The notes beneath the pieces are model-generated. The model worked only from the letters and a program-made list of their open reading frames with translations. It was not told the origin of the DNA and made no database searches. Positions 1 to 9,390 of a DNA stretch of 50,345 bases are shown in pieces; within the stretch, counting starts at the first letter, position 1; each line of letters begins with the position of its first letter. A program made the translations under genes and the position numbers. The stretch lies in contig JBKOWN010000109.1 in assembly GCA_046724435.1 (NCBI GenBank), positions 1-50,345 of the forward strand. The letters are read 5' to 3'. This DNA is from Actinomycetota bacterium. GTDB lineage: Bacteria; Actinomycetota; Acidimicrobiia; IMCC26256; JACDBD01.

Positions 1-97
1 TGCGGACGGCGACGGCCCAGCTCGTGGCGCCGCGCATCATCACGCCTTCCATGACGGCCTGGCCGCCCATGTAGCGGGGCTCCGGCCGTCGGGCCAT
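1..97 (-). CDS. DUF1385-family protein (YqhQ-like), N-terminal fragment; the gene continues past the window start
   Basis: Minus strand from ATG 97-95 reads [32 protein letters not shown]. This matches the conserved GGQAV-EGVMMRG N-terminus of DUF1385 proteins, which commonly follow rpmE. The ATG overlaps the rpmE stop (ATGA). Confidence 0.6.
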   Translation of the reverse strand, partial: MARRPEPRYMGGQAVMEGVMMRGATSWAVAVR

Positions 98-315
98 CAA
101 CCCTTGGCCTTGCCGCCCTGCTTCGCGTACCGGCGCTGGAAACGCTCGACCCGGCCGCCGGTGTCAACGAGCTTCTGCTTGCCCGTGTAGAAGGGGTGGC
201 ACTCCGAGCACAGCTCGACCCGCAGCTCGGGCACGGTCGAGCGAGTCGTGAACGTGTTGCCGCACGAGCACCGGACGCTGCACTCGACGTAATCGGGGTG
301 AATGTCAGTCTTCAT
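97..315 (-). CDS. rpmE: 50S ribosomal protein L31 (Zn-binding type)
   Basis: 72-aa [30 protein letters not shown]...[13 protein letters not shown], the canonical L31 sequence with CxC/CxxC motifs. Confidence 0.95.
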   Translation of the reverse strand: MKTDIHPDYVECSVRCSCGNTFTTRSTVPELRVELCSECHPFYTGKQKLVDTGGRVERFQRRYAKQGGKAKG

Positions 316-393
316 GATTGTCTCAATCTAGTAGCACCCCGACCCGATTGGGACTGGGGCAAGTGAATGCGAAGTCTCCGGCGCGGCCCAGGT

Positions 394-2097
394 CTACGAG
401 CCGGGCGTCGGGGCCTTGGCGATCTCGGCGAGGAACTCGTCGTTGCTCTTGGTGGTGCGGATCTTGTCGATCAGCAGCTCGAGACCCTTCCCCTCCTCGA
501 GCGCGTTCAGCACCCGGCGGAGCTTCCAGACCTGCTGGAGCTGGTTCCGGTCGAACAGCAGCTCCTCGTGCCGCGTGCTCGACGCCTCGACGTCGATCGA
601 GGGGTAGATCCTCCGCTCGGACAGCCGCCGGTCGAGCCGCAGCTCCATGTTGCCGGTGCCTTTGAACTCCTCGAAGATCACCTCGTCCATCCGGCTCCCG
701 GTCTCGATGAGCGCGGTGGCGACGATCGTCAGCGAGCCGCCTTCTTCGATGTTGCGCGCGGCGCCGAAGAACCGCTTCGGCGGGTACAGCGCGGTGGAGT
801 CGACACCTCCGGACAGGATTCGTCCCGAGGCCGGCGCCGACAGGTTGTAGGCACGGGCGAGGCGCGTGATGCCGTCGAGGATGATCACGACGTCGCGGCC
901 CATCTCGACGAGGCGCTTCGCCCGCTCGATGGTGAGCTCGGCGACCTGCGTGTGCTCGTCGGACGGACGGTCGAAGGTGCTCGCGACGACCTCGCCGTTC
1001 TTGACGTGCCGTCGCATGTCGGTGACCTCTTCGGGCCGCTCGTCGACGAGCAGCACCATGAGGTGCACCTCCGGGTTGTTGCGCTCGACGGAGTACACGA
1101 TCTGCTTGAGGATCGTCGTCTTCCCGGCCTTGGGCGGCGAGACGACCAGACCACGCTGACCCTTCCCGATGGGCGAGACGAGGTCGACGATCCGCCCGGT
1201 GATGTTCGCGGGATCGTCCTCGAGCTCGAGCGGGAGCCGTGAGTCCGGGAACAGGGGTGTGAGGTCCTCGAACTTCGGCCGCTCCCGCGCGGCCTCGGTC
1301 GGAAGGTCGTTCACCTGGTCGACGCGCAACAGCGCGGGGTACTTCTCGTTGCTGGCCTGGGGGCGGGCGAAGCCCTTGAGGTAGTCGCCCTTGCGCAGCG
1401 CGAACCGCCGCACCTGTGATGCCGATACGTACACGTCCTTCGGCCCGGGCAGGTAGCTCGTCGCTCGCAGGAACCCGTAGCCCTCGTCGCGCAAGTCGAG
1501 CATGCCCTCGGTTGGGACCGGCTCCCCCTCGAAGTCGCGCTGCTCGCCGTCCTGTTGGCGGTCGCGTCCGCGGCGCCGTCGCCGGCGTCGGTTTCCTTCG
1601 CCGTACGACTGGCGCTCGTCCTCGGGCTCGATGCGCGGCTTGGTCGCTGCGCTGCCGCCTCCGTTGCCGTCACGCGCCGTGGGCTCCTTCGTTGCGTTGG
1701 AGCTCTTGGCTTCGCTCTGCGAGGCGCCGTCGCCGCCGGACGCGTCGCCACCGCCGTCGGTCGAGGATGCCGTCCTCGCCACCGGTCGTGGCTGGTCGGT
1801 GTCGTCGTCACTCCCGCCCGCCGACGCGATGGCCTCCTCCTCGGCGGCGAGGGCGGCGATCGGGTCGTCGGCCTCGGATGTGCGGCGCGAGCGGACTCGC
1901 TTCGGGCGACCACCGCCGTCGGAGGCGGCCGCGCCGTCCGAAGCGGCGCCACCGTCGGCCGCGCCGAGGATGGCGTCGATCAAATCGGCCTTCTTCATGC
2001 GGGTGGCAGCGTTGACGCCCATCGCACCCGCGATCTGGTGGAGCTCCTCGCGGTCCTTGCTGTCCAGGACCGATCGGTCGAGCTCTGTATCACTCAT
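394..2097 (-). CDS. rho: Transcription termination factor Rho with the actinobacterial-type long disordered R/G/D-rich N-terminal insertion
   Basis: 567 aa. N-terminal Rho_N-like helix ([27 protein letters not shown]), an [13 protein letters not shown] insertion, a cold-shock-like RNA-binding domain, and an ATPase core ([25 protein letters not shown]). Confidence 0.97.
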   Translation of the reverse strand: MSDTELDRSVLDSKDREELHQIAGAMGVNAATRMKKADLIDAILGAADGGAASDGAAASDGGGRPKRVRSRRTSEADDPIAALAAEEEAIASAGGSDDDTDQPRPVARTASSTDGGGDASGGDGASQSEAKSSNATKEPTARDGNGGGSAATKPRIEPEDERQSYGEGNRRRRRRRGRDRQQDGEQRDFEGEPVPTEGMLDLRDEGYGFLRATSYLPGPKDVYVSASQVRRFALRKGDYLKGFARPQASNEKYPALLRVDQVNDLPTEAARERPKFEDLTPLFPDSRLPLELEDDPANITGRIVDLVSPIGKGQRGLVVSPPKAGKTTILKQIVYSVERNNPEVHLMVLLVDERPEEVTDMRRHVKNGEVVASTFDRPSDEHTQVAELTIERAKRLVEMGRDVVIILDGITRLARAYNLSAPASGRILSGGVDSTALYPPKRFFGAARNIEEGGSLTIVATALIETGSRMDEVIFEEFKGTGNMELRLDRRLSERRIYPSIDVEASSTRHEELLFDRNQLQQVWKLRRVLNALEEGKGLELLIDKIRTTKSNDEFLAEIAKAPTPGS

Positions 2098-2398
2098 GGG
2101 GGGAAACTCCTCGTGCTGCGGTTGGCACCTGTTCTGGGAACGCCCGCGGCTTCGACACTCCGACTCAGAACTCCTCAGGGCTCTGGTCCATCAGCAGAAA
2201 ACCAGTGACAATGCCGACCCGCTGGTCAGAACGGGACGAAAACCGAAGCCGCCGCAAGCGGGAACGGTGCCCCGAGTGGGGGGCGACGGGTTCCGGGTCG
2301 GGATTCGGGACCGAAGCGTCTCCGGGGATCACCGAACCGGTAACTCAAAAGCTACCGTCCCCAAAGAGAACCCGCAAGTATCTCCGTGTATTCCGGCC

Positions 2399-3574
2399 TC
2401 ATCGGGTGGTGTCGAGCAGGCGGCGCATGAGCCCGTGTGCAACGACCGGCTCGGACCGCGCGACACCGCGTTCGGTGTACTCCCCGCCCTCGGCGTCGTA
2501 CGTCGAGTCGAACAAGAGGTAAGGAACCGGGGCGGAGGTGTGCGTCTTGATCGCGCACGGAGTCGCGTGGTCCGGCATCAGCAGGATCCGGTACGGCTCC
2601 CCGGCTCGATCAAGCACCTGGATGAGTGGAGCAATGACGTCGCGGTCCCATCGCTCGAGGGCGGCCACCTTCTCGTGGACCTCGCCCTGGTGCGCGGCCT
2701 CGTCAGTCGCCTCGACATGGAGGAGGAAGAAGTCGCGGTCCTCGAGTGACGCCAGCGCGGCGTCGCGTTGGGCGCCGTAGTCGTTGTCGAACCCGGCGGT
2801 GGCGCCGGGAACGTCGAGGACTTCGAGCCCCGTGAGCACCCCGAGCCCTCGCACGAGGTCGACGGCCGACGTGAGCCGGCCGCGTACGCCGTAGCGCGGC
2901 GCGAAGGACGGGAGGTCGGGCCGAACGCCCTGGCCCCAGAGCCAGATCTGCGTCGCCACCGAGCCGACCTCGGCCGCGCGCTCTGCGACAATCGGCTGCG
3001 ACGCCACCATGAGCGCGATGAGCTTCTCAGCCGCCGCCCCGACCGGGAGCACGACCGATTTCCCGGTGAGGTCGTGGGGCGGTACGCACTCGGCGTCGCC
3101 GAGCTCCCGCGGCACGACGCACAGATGGCGGTATTCGACACCGGGATGGAAACGAACACCGTCGCGCCCGCCGCCGAGCGCGGCGTCGAGCGCCGCGAGG
3201 ATCGGCGCGCTCTGCTCATTCGTCGGGTGACCGGCGGCGAAGTCGACCATCGTCGGCGGTGTCGCGTCGTCCAGCGTGACCAGGTTGCAACGGAAGGCAA
3301 CGTCGTCGGGGCCGAGCTCGATGCCCATCGCCGCCGCCTCGATCGGCGCACGCCCGGTGTGGAAGCGCGCCGGGTCGTATCCGAGAATCGCCATGTTGCC
3401 GACGTCGCTGCCGGGAGGAAGCCCGTCGGGGATCACGGCCGCCCTTCCGACCTCGGCGCGCGCTGCGAGGCGGTCGAGCGCCGGCATCTGGGCCGCCTCG
3501 AGCGGTGTGCGGCCGTCGAGCTCGGGGAGCGGCTCGTCGGCGCAACCGTCCGGCACGAGCACGACGTACTTCAC
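2399..3574 (-). CDS. Cofactor-independent phosphoglycerate mutase (ApgM) family protein; candidate non-orthologous homoserine kinase
   Basis: ORF 2399..3598. I place the start at GTG 3574 (VKYVVLVPDGCADEPL...), 7 nt after a GAAGGAGG Shine-Dalgarno. The metalloenzyme/ApgM-like sequence runs throughout (LVPDG..D, HVEATDEAAHQG, MPDHATP). It occupies the thrB position between the hom-thrC block and rho. Confidence 0.8.
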   Translation of the reverse strand: MKYVVLVPDGCADEPLPELDGRTPLEAAQMPALDRLAARAEVGRAAVIPDGLPPGSDVGNMAILGYDPARFHTGRAPIEAAAMGIELGPDDVAFRCNLVTLDDATPPTMVDFAAGHPTNEQSAPILAALDAALGGGRDGVRFHPGVEYRHLCVVPRELGDAECVPPHDLTGKSVVLPVGAAAEKLIALMVASQPIVAERAAEVGSVATQIWLWGQGVRPDLPSFAPRYGVRGRLTSAVDLVRGLGVLTGLEVLDVPGATAGFDNDYGAQRDAALASLEDRDFFLLHVEATDEAAHQGEVHEKVAALERWDRDVIAPLIQVLDRAGEPYRILLMPDHATPCAIKTHTSAPVPYLLFDSTYDAEGGEYTERGVARSEPVVAHGLMRRLLDTTR

Positions 3575-3587
3575 CGTTCCTCCTTCG

Positions 3588-3636
3588 CGCCGTCGCAAGC
3601 TCCGGCTCTGCGGTGACGGTCGGCGAAGCCGCCGCC
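3588..3636 (-). repeat. Dispersed structured intergenic element, copy 1 (sense on minus strand)
   Basis: Minus-strand read: GGCGGCTTCGCCGACCGTCACCGCAGAGCCGGAGCTTGCGACGGCG. It is followed directly by CGAAGGAGGAACGGTG, the SD and start of the ApgM-like gene. It aligns with copies at 11174, 21595, 31402 and 46734. Confidence 0.8.
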
Positions 3637-3697
3637 AACGCGGTCAAGGGTAGGCGCGGCATTCTTCGTCTTCCGACCGGATAGCGTCACCGCCACA

Positions 3698-4903
3698 ATG
3701 CGCTCATCGCGGCGGTACCCAACGTCGTTCGCCGCGGTCGTCGGACTCGTCGCTGCGACCGCGCTGTTCGTCGCCTGCAGCGACAGTGGCGGAGGCGGTG
3801 GTTCATCGGCGTCGAGGTCGGCCCCGTCCTCCGCTGGTGGTCAAGTCCGGCTCAAGCTCACAGCGATCGCGAACGTCGAAGACCCGACCGCACTCGCGAC
3901 GCGGGCCGGCGAGAGCACGCTGTACGTCACCGAGCAGGCCGGTCGGGTCCGGGCGATTCGAGACGGAGCGATCGATCCGCAACCGGTGCTTAATATCACC
4001 GACCAGGTGGGCAGTGGCGGCGAGCGCGGGCTCCTCGGTATCGCGTTCGCACCCGACGGCACGAAGATGTACGTCTATTACACGAACCGGGACGGCGACA
4101 TCCGACTCGACGAGTACACGATGTCCGGCAACTCGGTGAACACCGCGTCTCGCCGCCAAGTGCTCGCGGTGGACCACCCTCCCGCGCCGAACCACAACGG
4201 CGGACAGACGAGCTTCGGGCCCGACGGCATGTTGTACCTCGGGCTGGGCGACGGAGGCGGCGCCGCCGGCGACCAGGGCGAAGGCCACGTCGAGGGCGGC
4301 AACGCGCAATCGCGCAACACGATGCTGGGCAAGATCCTCCGCATCGACCCGACGCCGTCGGCCGGCGCGCCGTACACGATCCCCTCCGACAACCCGTTCG
4401 CGAACGGCGGCGGCCTGCCGGAGATCTGGGCGTACGGCCTGCGCAACCCGTGGCGCTTCTCCTGGGACCGCAAGACCGGTGACATGTGGATCGCCGATGT
4501 CGGGCAGAGCCAGTGGGAGGAGATCGACTTCGCGCCCGCAGGCCGAGGTGCAGGCGCGAATTACGGGTGGAATCGCCTCGAGGGAACGCACCAGTTCTCC
4601 GGGTCGGCGCCGGACGACGCCGTCGCCCCGATCTTCGAGTACTCGCACGAGGGCGGAGGGTGCTCGATCTCGGGCGGGTACGTGTACCGCGGGTCCAAGA
4701 TCCCGGCCCTCGCCGGCGAGTACGTCTACAGCGACTACTGCGAAAGCACGCTCCGCACCGTCAAGGAGCGCGACGGCAAGCTCGCCGGACAGCGCGACCT
4801 GGGTGTCGAAGCCAGCCAGGTGACTTCGTTCGGCCAGGACCAAGACGGCGAGCTGTACGTCCTGTCGCAGGCCGCCGGCCTCCAGCGCATCGACCCCGCG
4901 TAG
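3698..4903 (+). CDS. PQQ-dependent soluble aldose/sorbosone sugar dehydrogenase (YliI-like) lipoprotein
   Basis: 401 aa. Signal peptide with lipobox (LFVAC). Beta-propeller sGDH motifs HNGGQTSFGPDGMLYLGLGDGG and YGLRNPWRFSWD. Confidence 0.85.
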   Translation: MRSSRRYPTSFAAVVGLVAATALFVACSDSGGGGGSSASRSAPSSAGGQVRLKLTAIANVEDPTALATRAGESTLYVTEQAGRVRAIRDGAIDPQPVLNITDQVGSGGERGLLGIAFAPDGTKMYVYYTNRDGDIRLDEYTMSGNSVNTASRRQVLAVDHPPAPNHNGGQTSFGPDGMLYLGLGDGGGAAGDQGEGHVEGGNAQSRNTMLGKILRIDPTPSAGAPYTIPSDNPFANGGGLPEIWAYGLRNPWRFSWDRKTGDMWIADVGQSQWEEIDFAPAGRGAGANYGWNRLEGTHQFSGSAPDDAVAPIFEYSHEGGGCSISGGYVYRGSKIPALAGEYVYSDYCESTLRTVKERDGKLAGQRDLGVEASQVTSFGQDQDGELYVLSQAAGLQRIDPA

Positions 4904-4906
4904 TCG

Positions 4907-5695
4907 TCACTCCACGCGTGGCACGACGGCTCCGGCGATCCGCCGCGTGATGCCGGCCGGCATGGCGCTCGAGAACAGCGCGCCCGCCTGGTTGAGCGCG
5001 CCCGGAACGCACACCGCCCGCCCGTGCTCGTACGCGCGCAACGCCGCGTCGACGACCGGCTCCGGCCGCTGCCACATGAAGCTCGGTACCGAGCCGGAGT
5101 CGAGGCCGGCGCGCTCCTGGAACTCGGTGCGCGTGAACCCGGGGCACAGGACCATGACCTTGACGCCCGTCCCGCGGAGCTCCTCGTGCAGGGCCTGGCT
5201 GAAACTCGTGACGAACGCCTTCGTGCCTCCGTAGGTCGCGTTGAGCGGTGTCGGCTGATAGCCGGCGAGCGACGACACGTTGATGATCCCGCCCCGACCG
5301 CGCTCGATCATCCCCGGGAGCGCGGCATGCGAGAGCTGCATGACCGACAGCACGTTGAGACGGATCGCCCGGGCCTCGGCCTCGCGCGGGAGCTCGGCGA
5401 ACTTGCCGAACGTGCCCATACCGGCGTTGTTGACGAGGAGGTCGATCGCCGGCTCGGCGGACTCGAGCCGCGCCTCGACTACCGCCATCCCCTTCTTCGT
5501 CGTCAGGTCGCTCGCGAGAACCTCGACTTCGGCGCCGTGCTCCTTCTCGAGCGCCGCCGCGAGCTCCTCGAGCCGGGTCTCGTCGCGCGCGACAACCACG
5601 AGGTCGTCGCCACGAGCTGCCAGGGCGCGCGCGAACACAGCGCCGATGCCCGACGATGCGCCCGTGACAAGTGAAACCGGCTTGCCCATGTGCAT
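4907..5695 (-). CDS. Short-chain dehydrogenase/reductase (SDR) family oxidoreductase
   Basis: The longest ORF extends to 5917, but the upstream part overlaps thrC. ATG 5695 (MHMGKPVSLVTGASSGIGAVFARALA) has a GGGAGG SD about 8 nt upstream. TGxxxGIG Rossmann motif and YxxxK-type core. It starts 17 nt after the thrC stop. Confidence 0.85.
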   Translation of the reverse strand: MHMGKPVSLVTGASSGIGAVFARALAARGDDLVVVARDETRLEELAAALEKEHGAEVEVLASDLTTKKGMAVVEARLESAEPAIDLLVNNAGMGTFGKFAELPREAEARAIRLNVLSVMQLSHAALPGMIERGRGGIINVSSLAGYQPTPLNATYGGTKAFVTSFSQALHEELRGTGVKVMVLCPGFTRTEFQERAGLDSGSVPSFMWQRPEPVVDAALRAYEHGRAVCVPGALNQAGALFSSAMPAGITRRIAGAVVPRVE

Positions 5696-5712
5696 GTCCC
5701 TACCTCCCGGGT

Positions 5713-6774
5713 TCACAGACCGAGCTCGGCCGCGACCGCATCCGGCGTCGGGTCGACCGCCGGTCCTACGTCGACTTCGTCCATAGCGCGCTGTGGGTCC
5801 TTGAGGCCGTGACCAGTCAGCGTGCACACGACGGTCTCGTCCGCGTCGACCTGCCCCGCCGCGGCCGCCTTGAGCAGCCCGGCCACCGCTGCCGCCGACG
5901 CCGGCTCGACGAAGCAACCCTCAGCCGTCGCCAGCAAGCGGTACGCGTCGAGGATCTCGCCGTCCGTGACTGACCCGATGTGACCGCCCGACTCGTCGCG
6001 GGCCTCGATCGCGCCATCCCAGTTCGCGGGGTTCCCGATACGGATCGCGGTTGCGATGGTCTCGGGGTACGGGACGGGCTCGCCGTGCACCAGCGGGGCC
6101 GATCCCTGCGCCTGCCATCCGAGCATGCGGGGACGCCGGCGCGGGCGGCCGTGGTCCTCGTACTCGAGGTAGCCCTTCCAGTAGGCGCCGATGTTCAGGG
6201 CGTTCCCGACCGGAATGCAGTGCGCGTCGGGCGCGCCGCCGAGCGCGTCGATGACCTCGAAGGCCGCGGTCTTCTGCCCTTCGATCCGGAACGGGTTGAT
6301 CGAGTTGACGATCGTGACCCGGCGGCTCTCGGCAAGCTGCCGGACCACGCCGAGGGCGTCGTCGAAGTTTCCCCGTACCGGGACGACGCGTGCGCCGTGG
6401 ATGAGCGCCTGCGCGAGCTTCCCCGTCGCGACATGGCCTTCGGGTATGACCACCGCGCAGATCAGCCCGGCGCGCGCCGCGTACGCGGCCGCTGACGCCG
6501 ACGTGTTGCCGGTCGAGGCGCAGATGACCGCCTTGGCGCCGTCCTCCACCGCCTTGGACATCGCCAGCGTCATGCCGCGGTCCTTGAACGAGCCCGTAGG
6601 GTTGAGCCCCTCCAGCTTGAGCAGCACGCGCGCGCCCGTCCGCTCGGAGAGGCGCGGCGCGTCGACGAGCGGCGTGCCGCCCTCCAGGAGCGTCACGACC
6701 GGCGTCGCCTCACTGACGGGCAGGTGGTCGCGATAGGCCGCGATAACGCCCGGCCACGGTTGCGCCTGCGTCAT
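5713..6774 (-). CDS. thrC: Threonine synthase
   Basis: 353 aa, PLP-enzyme sequence ([29 protein letters not shown]). Its start overlaps the hom stop (ATGA). Confidence 0.95.
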   Translation of the reverse strand: MTQAQPWPGVIAAYRDHLPVSEATPVVTLLEGGTPLVDAPRLSERTGARVLLKLEGLNPTGSFKDRGMTLAMSKAVEDGAKAVICASTGNTSASAAAYAARAGLICAVVIPEGHVATGKLAQALIHGARVVPVRGNFDDALGVVRQLAESRRVTIVNSINPFRIEGQKTAAFEVIDALGGAPDAHCIPVGNALNIGAYWKGYLEYEDHGRPRRRPRMLGWQAQGSAPLVHGEPVPYPETIATAIRIGNPANWDGAIEARDESGGHIGSVTDGEILDAYRLLATAEGCFVEPASAAAVAGLLKAAAAGQVDADETVVCTLTGHGLKDPQRAMDEVDVGPAVDPTPDAVAAELGL

Positions 6775-8078
6775 TCGTCCTCGTCACCCAGGACACGCAC
6801 GACGGACCCGACACGGTGAACGACGTCGACGTCGCGCAGCGCATGGACCGTCGCGCGAAGGTTGGCTTCCCGAGCGCGGTGGGTCGCGAAGATGAGGCGG
6901 GCGTCGGCGCCGATGCCCCGCTGCTGCATCGACTTGATTGATACCCCGTGCTGGCCGAACTGGTCGGCGATCTTGGCCAGCACGCCCGGGCGGTCGGCGA
7001 CTTCCATGCGCAGGTAGAACTGCGACTCGATCTCGTCCATCGGCCGGATCCGTCGCTTGGCGAGGGCGCCGATCGTCGCACCCTTCCCGCCGGACGCGAA
7101 GTTCTTCGCCGCGTCGATGAGGTCTCCGAGCACGGCGGACGCGGAGGGGCCGCCCCCGGCTCCTCGCCCGTACAGCATCAACTCACCGACCGCGTCGCCC
7201 TCGATGAACAACGCGTTGAACGACCCGCGCACCGAGGCCAGCGGGTGGTGCACGGGGATCATCGCCGGGTGCACGCGCACCGCCACCTCGCCGTCGAGGC
7301 CCTCGGCCACGGCGAGCAGCTTCACGACGTAGCCCAGGTCGTGCGCGGACGCGATGTCGTGGTCGGTGATCTCGGTGATGCCTTCCCGGTACACGTCGCC
7401 GGCGACGACCCGAACGCCGAAGGCGATCGACGCGATGATCGCGGCCTTGGCCGCGGCGTCATCGCCTTCGATGTCAGCGGACGGATCCCGCTCCGCGTAG
7501 CCGAGCGCCTGTGCCTCGGCGAGGGCGTCGCCGAATGAGGAGCCCTCTTCCGTCATGCGCGTCAGTACATAGTTGGTCGTCCCGTTCACGATCCCGGTCA
7601 CGCGCCGGATGCGATCCCCGGCCAGGGACTCGCGCAGCGGGCGAATGAGCGGGATGCCGCCGGCGACGGACGCCTCGAAGAGGAGGTCGACGCCCGACCC
7701 CTCGGCGGTCTCGAAGAGCTCCTTGCCGGCGTTGGCAAGGAGCTCCTTGTTGGCCGTCACGACGGGCTTGCCGGATTTGAGCGCTTCGGTGATGAGCGAG
7801 CGTGCCGGCTCGATGCCGCCAATCACCTCGACGACGATGTCGATGTCGGGGTCGGTGACGACGGCCTCGCCGTCCTGTGTGAACCGGTTCGCCGGGAGCG
7901 GCACGTCTCGCTCGCGCGCGGGGTCACGCACGGCCACACGGGTCACGTCGAGGTGCACGCCCGCCCGCTGCTCGATCAGATCGGCGTTGTCCTGCAACAG
8001 ACGTACGAGCGCCGAGCCGACGTGCCCGCAGCCGAGGAGACCGACGCGCACGGTCTCGTCCTGCACCGGGTCTGCCAT
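6771..8078 (-). CDS. hom: Homoserine dehydrogenase with C-terminal ACT domain
   Basis: Start chosen at ATG 8078 ([24 protein letters not shown]). The longer ORF to 8273 would overlap lysA. NAD-binding GxGxxG, catalytic domain and ACT-like C-terminus. Confidence 0.95.
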   Translation of the reverse strand: MADPVQDETVRVGLLGCGHVGSALVRLLQDNADLIEQRAGVHLDVTRVAVRDPARERDVPLPANRFTQDGEAVVTDPDIDIVVEVIGGIEPARSLITEALKSGKPVVTANKELLANAGKELFETAEGSGVDLLFEASVAGGIPLIRPLRESLAGDRIRRVTGIVNGTTNYVLTRMTEEGSSFGDALAEAQALGYAERDPSADIEGDDAAAKAAIIASIAFGVRVVAGDVYREGITEITDHDIASAHDLGYVVKLLAVAEGLDGEVAVRVHPAMIPVHHPLASVRGSFNALFIEGDAVGELMLYGRGAGGGPSASAVLGDLIDAAKNFASGGKGATIGALAKRRIRPMDEIESQFYLRMEVADRPGVLAKIADQFGQHGVSIKSMQQRGIGADARLIFATHRAREANLRATVHALRDVDVVHRVGSVVRVLGDEDE

Positions 8079-8094
8079 GACGCCAGTCTCGCGC

Positions 8095-9390
8095 TCAACG
8101 CTCATCGAGGCGGGTGAGATCGTCGGGCGTTTCGCGCCGGACGACCAACCGCGCCTGCCCGTCGCGGACGAACACCACCGCCGGCCGGGGCACCTTGTTG
8201 TAGTTGGACGCCATCGAGTAGCCGTACGCGCCTGTGGCGGGTACGGCGAGCAGATCTCCGACGCGGACGCCATCCGGAAGGCGGGCGTCCGCCACCACCA
8301 GGTCGCCCTGCTCGCAGTGCTTGCCTGCGATCGAGCACGCGAGCGGGCGAGGCTCGTCGATGCGGGAGGGCAGGTACGTCTCGTAGCCGGCGCCGTAGAG
8401 CACGGGCCGGGGGTTGTCGCTCATGCCGCCGTCGACGGCGACGTACGTCCGGCCGTGCGGAATCCTCTTGACCGTCCCCACCCGATACAAGGTGATCGCC
8501 GCCGGCCCGGAGATCGAGCGGCCGGGCTCGACCATGAGCCGGGGCACCTCCCCGAGCCCGGCATCGGCGACGCACTCCTTCACGGTCGTCCGCAGCGTCG
8601 ATTCGTAGTCCGCCAACGGCATCTCCGGATCGGTCGCGAGGTATCGCGACGCGAGTCCGCCGCCCATGTTCAGCTCTCCCACGCGAGCCCCCGTGGACTC
8701 CTCGATCGACCCGCAGAGCCCGACGACGATGGCCACCGCCCGCGCGTAGGCGTCGAGTCGTTCGATCATCGAGCCGATGTGGCAGTGGAGACCACCGAAC
8801 CCGAGCGATGGGCTCTCGATCACACGGCGCGCGGCTTCGAGCGCCACATCGTCGTGGGTGGTGAAGCCGAACTTCGAGTCGAGTGTGCCGGTCTCGATGA
8901 ACTCGTGCGTGTGCGCCTCGACGCCGGGGGTGACGCGCACGAGCACCGACGGCCGCGCCGCGCGTTCGGTCGCCAGACGCTCGAGCCGGTCCAGCTCGTC
9001 GAACGAGTCGGCGACGACCCGGCCGACGCCGGCATCGAGCGCCGCCGTCAGCTCCGCAGTGGACTTGTTGTTGCCGTGGAAGACGACCCGTTCGGGCGGG
9101 AAGCCTGCGTGCAACGCGACGTGGAGCTCGCCGCCCGTTGCGACGTCGAGGTGCAAGCCCTCCTCGGCCACGAGGCGGGCCATGGCGACGCACAGGAACG
9201 CCTTGCCCGCGTACGCGACGCCGCCGGCGCCGAAGAGGCCCGCGTACTCCCGACAGCGGCGGCGGAGATCGTCCTCGTCGTAGACGAAGAGGGGCGTGCC
9301 GAGCCCGTCCGCCAGCGTCTCGAGCAAATCAGCGTCCTGGAGCGCGGGCGGGACCAGTGCCCGGTCGAGCGGCGCGCCGGGGTCGATCAT
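8095..9390 (-). CDS. lysA: Diaminopimelate decarboxylase
   Basis: Start at ATG 9390 (MIDPGAPLDR...GTPLFVYDEDDLRRR), overlapping the argS stop (ATGA). Orn/DAP/Arg decarboxylase family motifs (YAGKAF, HCHIGS, GGGL, CESGD-like CEQGD). Confidence 0.95.
   Translation of the reverse strand: MIDPGAPLDRALVPPALQDADLLETLADGLGTPLFVYDEDDLRRRCREYAGLFGAGGVAYAGKAFLCVAMARLVAEEGLHLDVATGGELHVALHAGFPPERVVFHGNNKSTAELTAALDAGVGRVVADSFDELDRLERLATERAARPSVLVRVTPGVEAHTHEFIETGTLDSKFGFTTHDDVALEAARRVIESPSLGFGGLHCHIGSMIERLDAYARAVAIVVGLCGSIEESTGARVGELNMGGGLASRYLATDPEMPLADYESTLRTTVKECVADAGLGEVPRLMVEPGRSISGPAAITLYRVGTVKRIPHGRTYVAVDGGMSDNPRPVLYGAGYETYLPSRIDEPRPLACSIAGKHCEQGDLVVADARLPDGVRVGDLLAVPATGAYGYSMASNYNKVPRPAVVFVRDGQARLVVRRETPDDLTRLDER

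Noticed and set aside
1440-1990. The low-complexity, repeat-like R/G/D/S/A-rich stretch inside rho as a separate gene or tandem repeat.
   Set aside because: It is in frame within rho and corresponds to the known actinobacterial N-terminal insertion domain. I saw no exact nucleotide tandem repeat.
3588-3636. The recurring peptide strings ([22 protein letters not shown]) as a conserved micro-protein.
   Set aside because: The copies lack a shared start codon or SD. Copy 5 has indels that break the frame while nucleotide similarity persists. The same element also yields a 'conserved' peptide on the other strand (RRKLRLC). Conservation is at the nucleotide or structure level, not the protein level.
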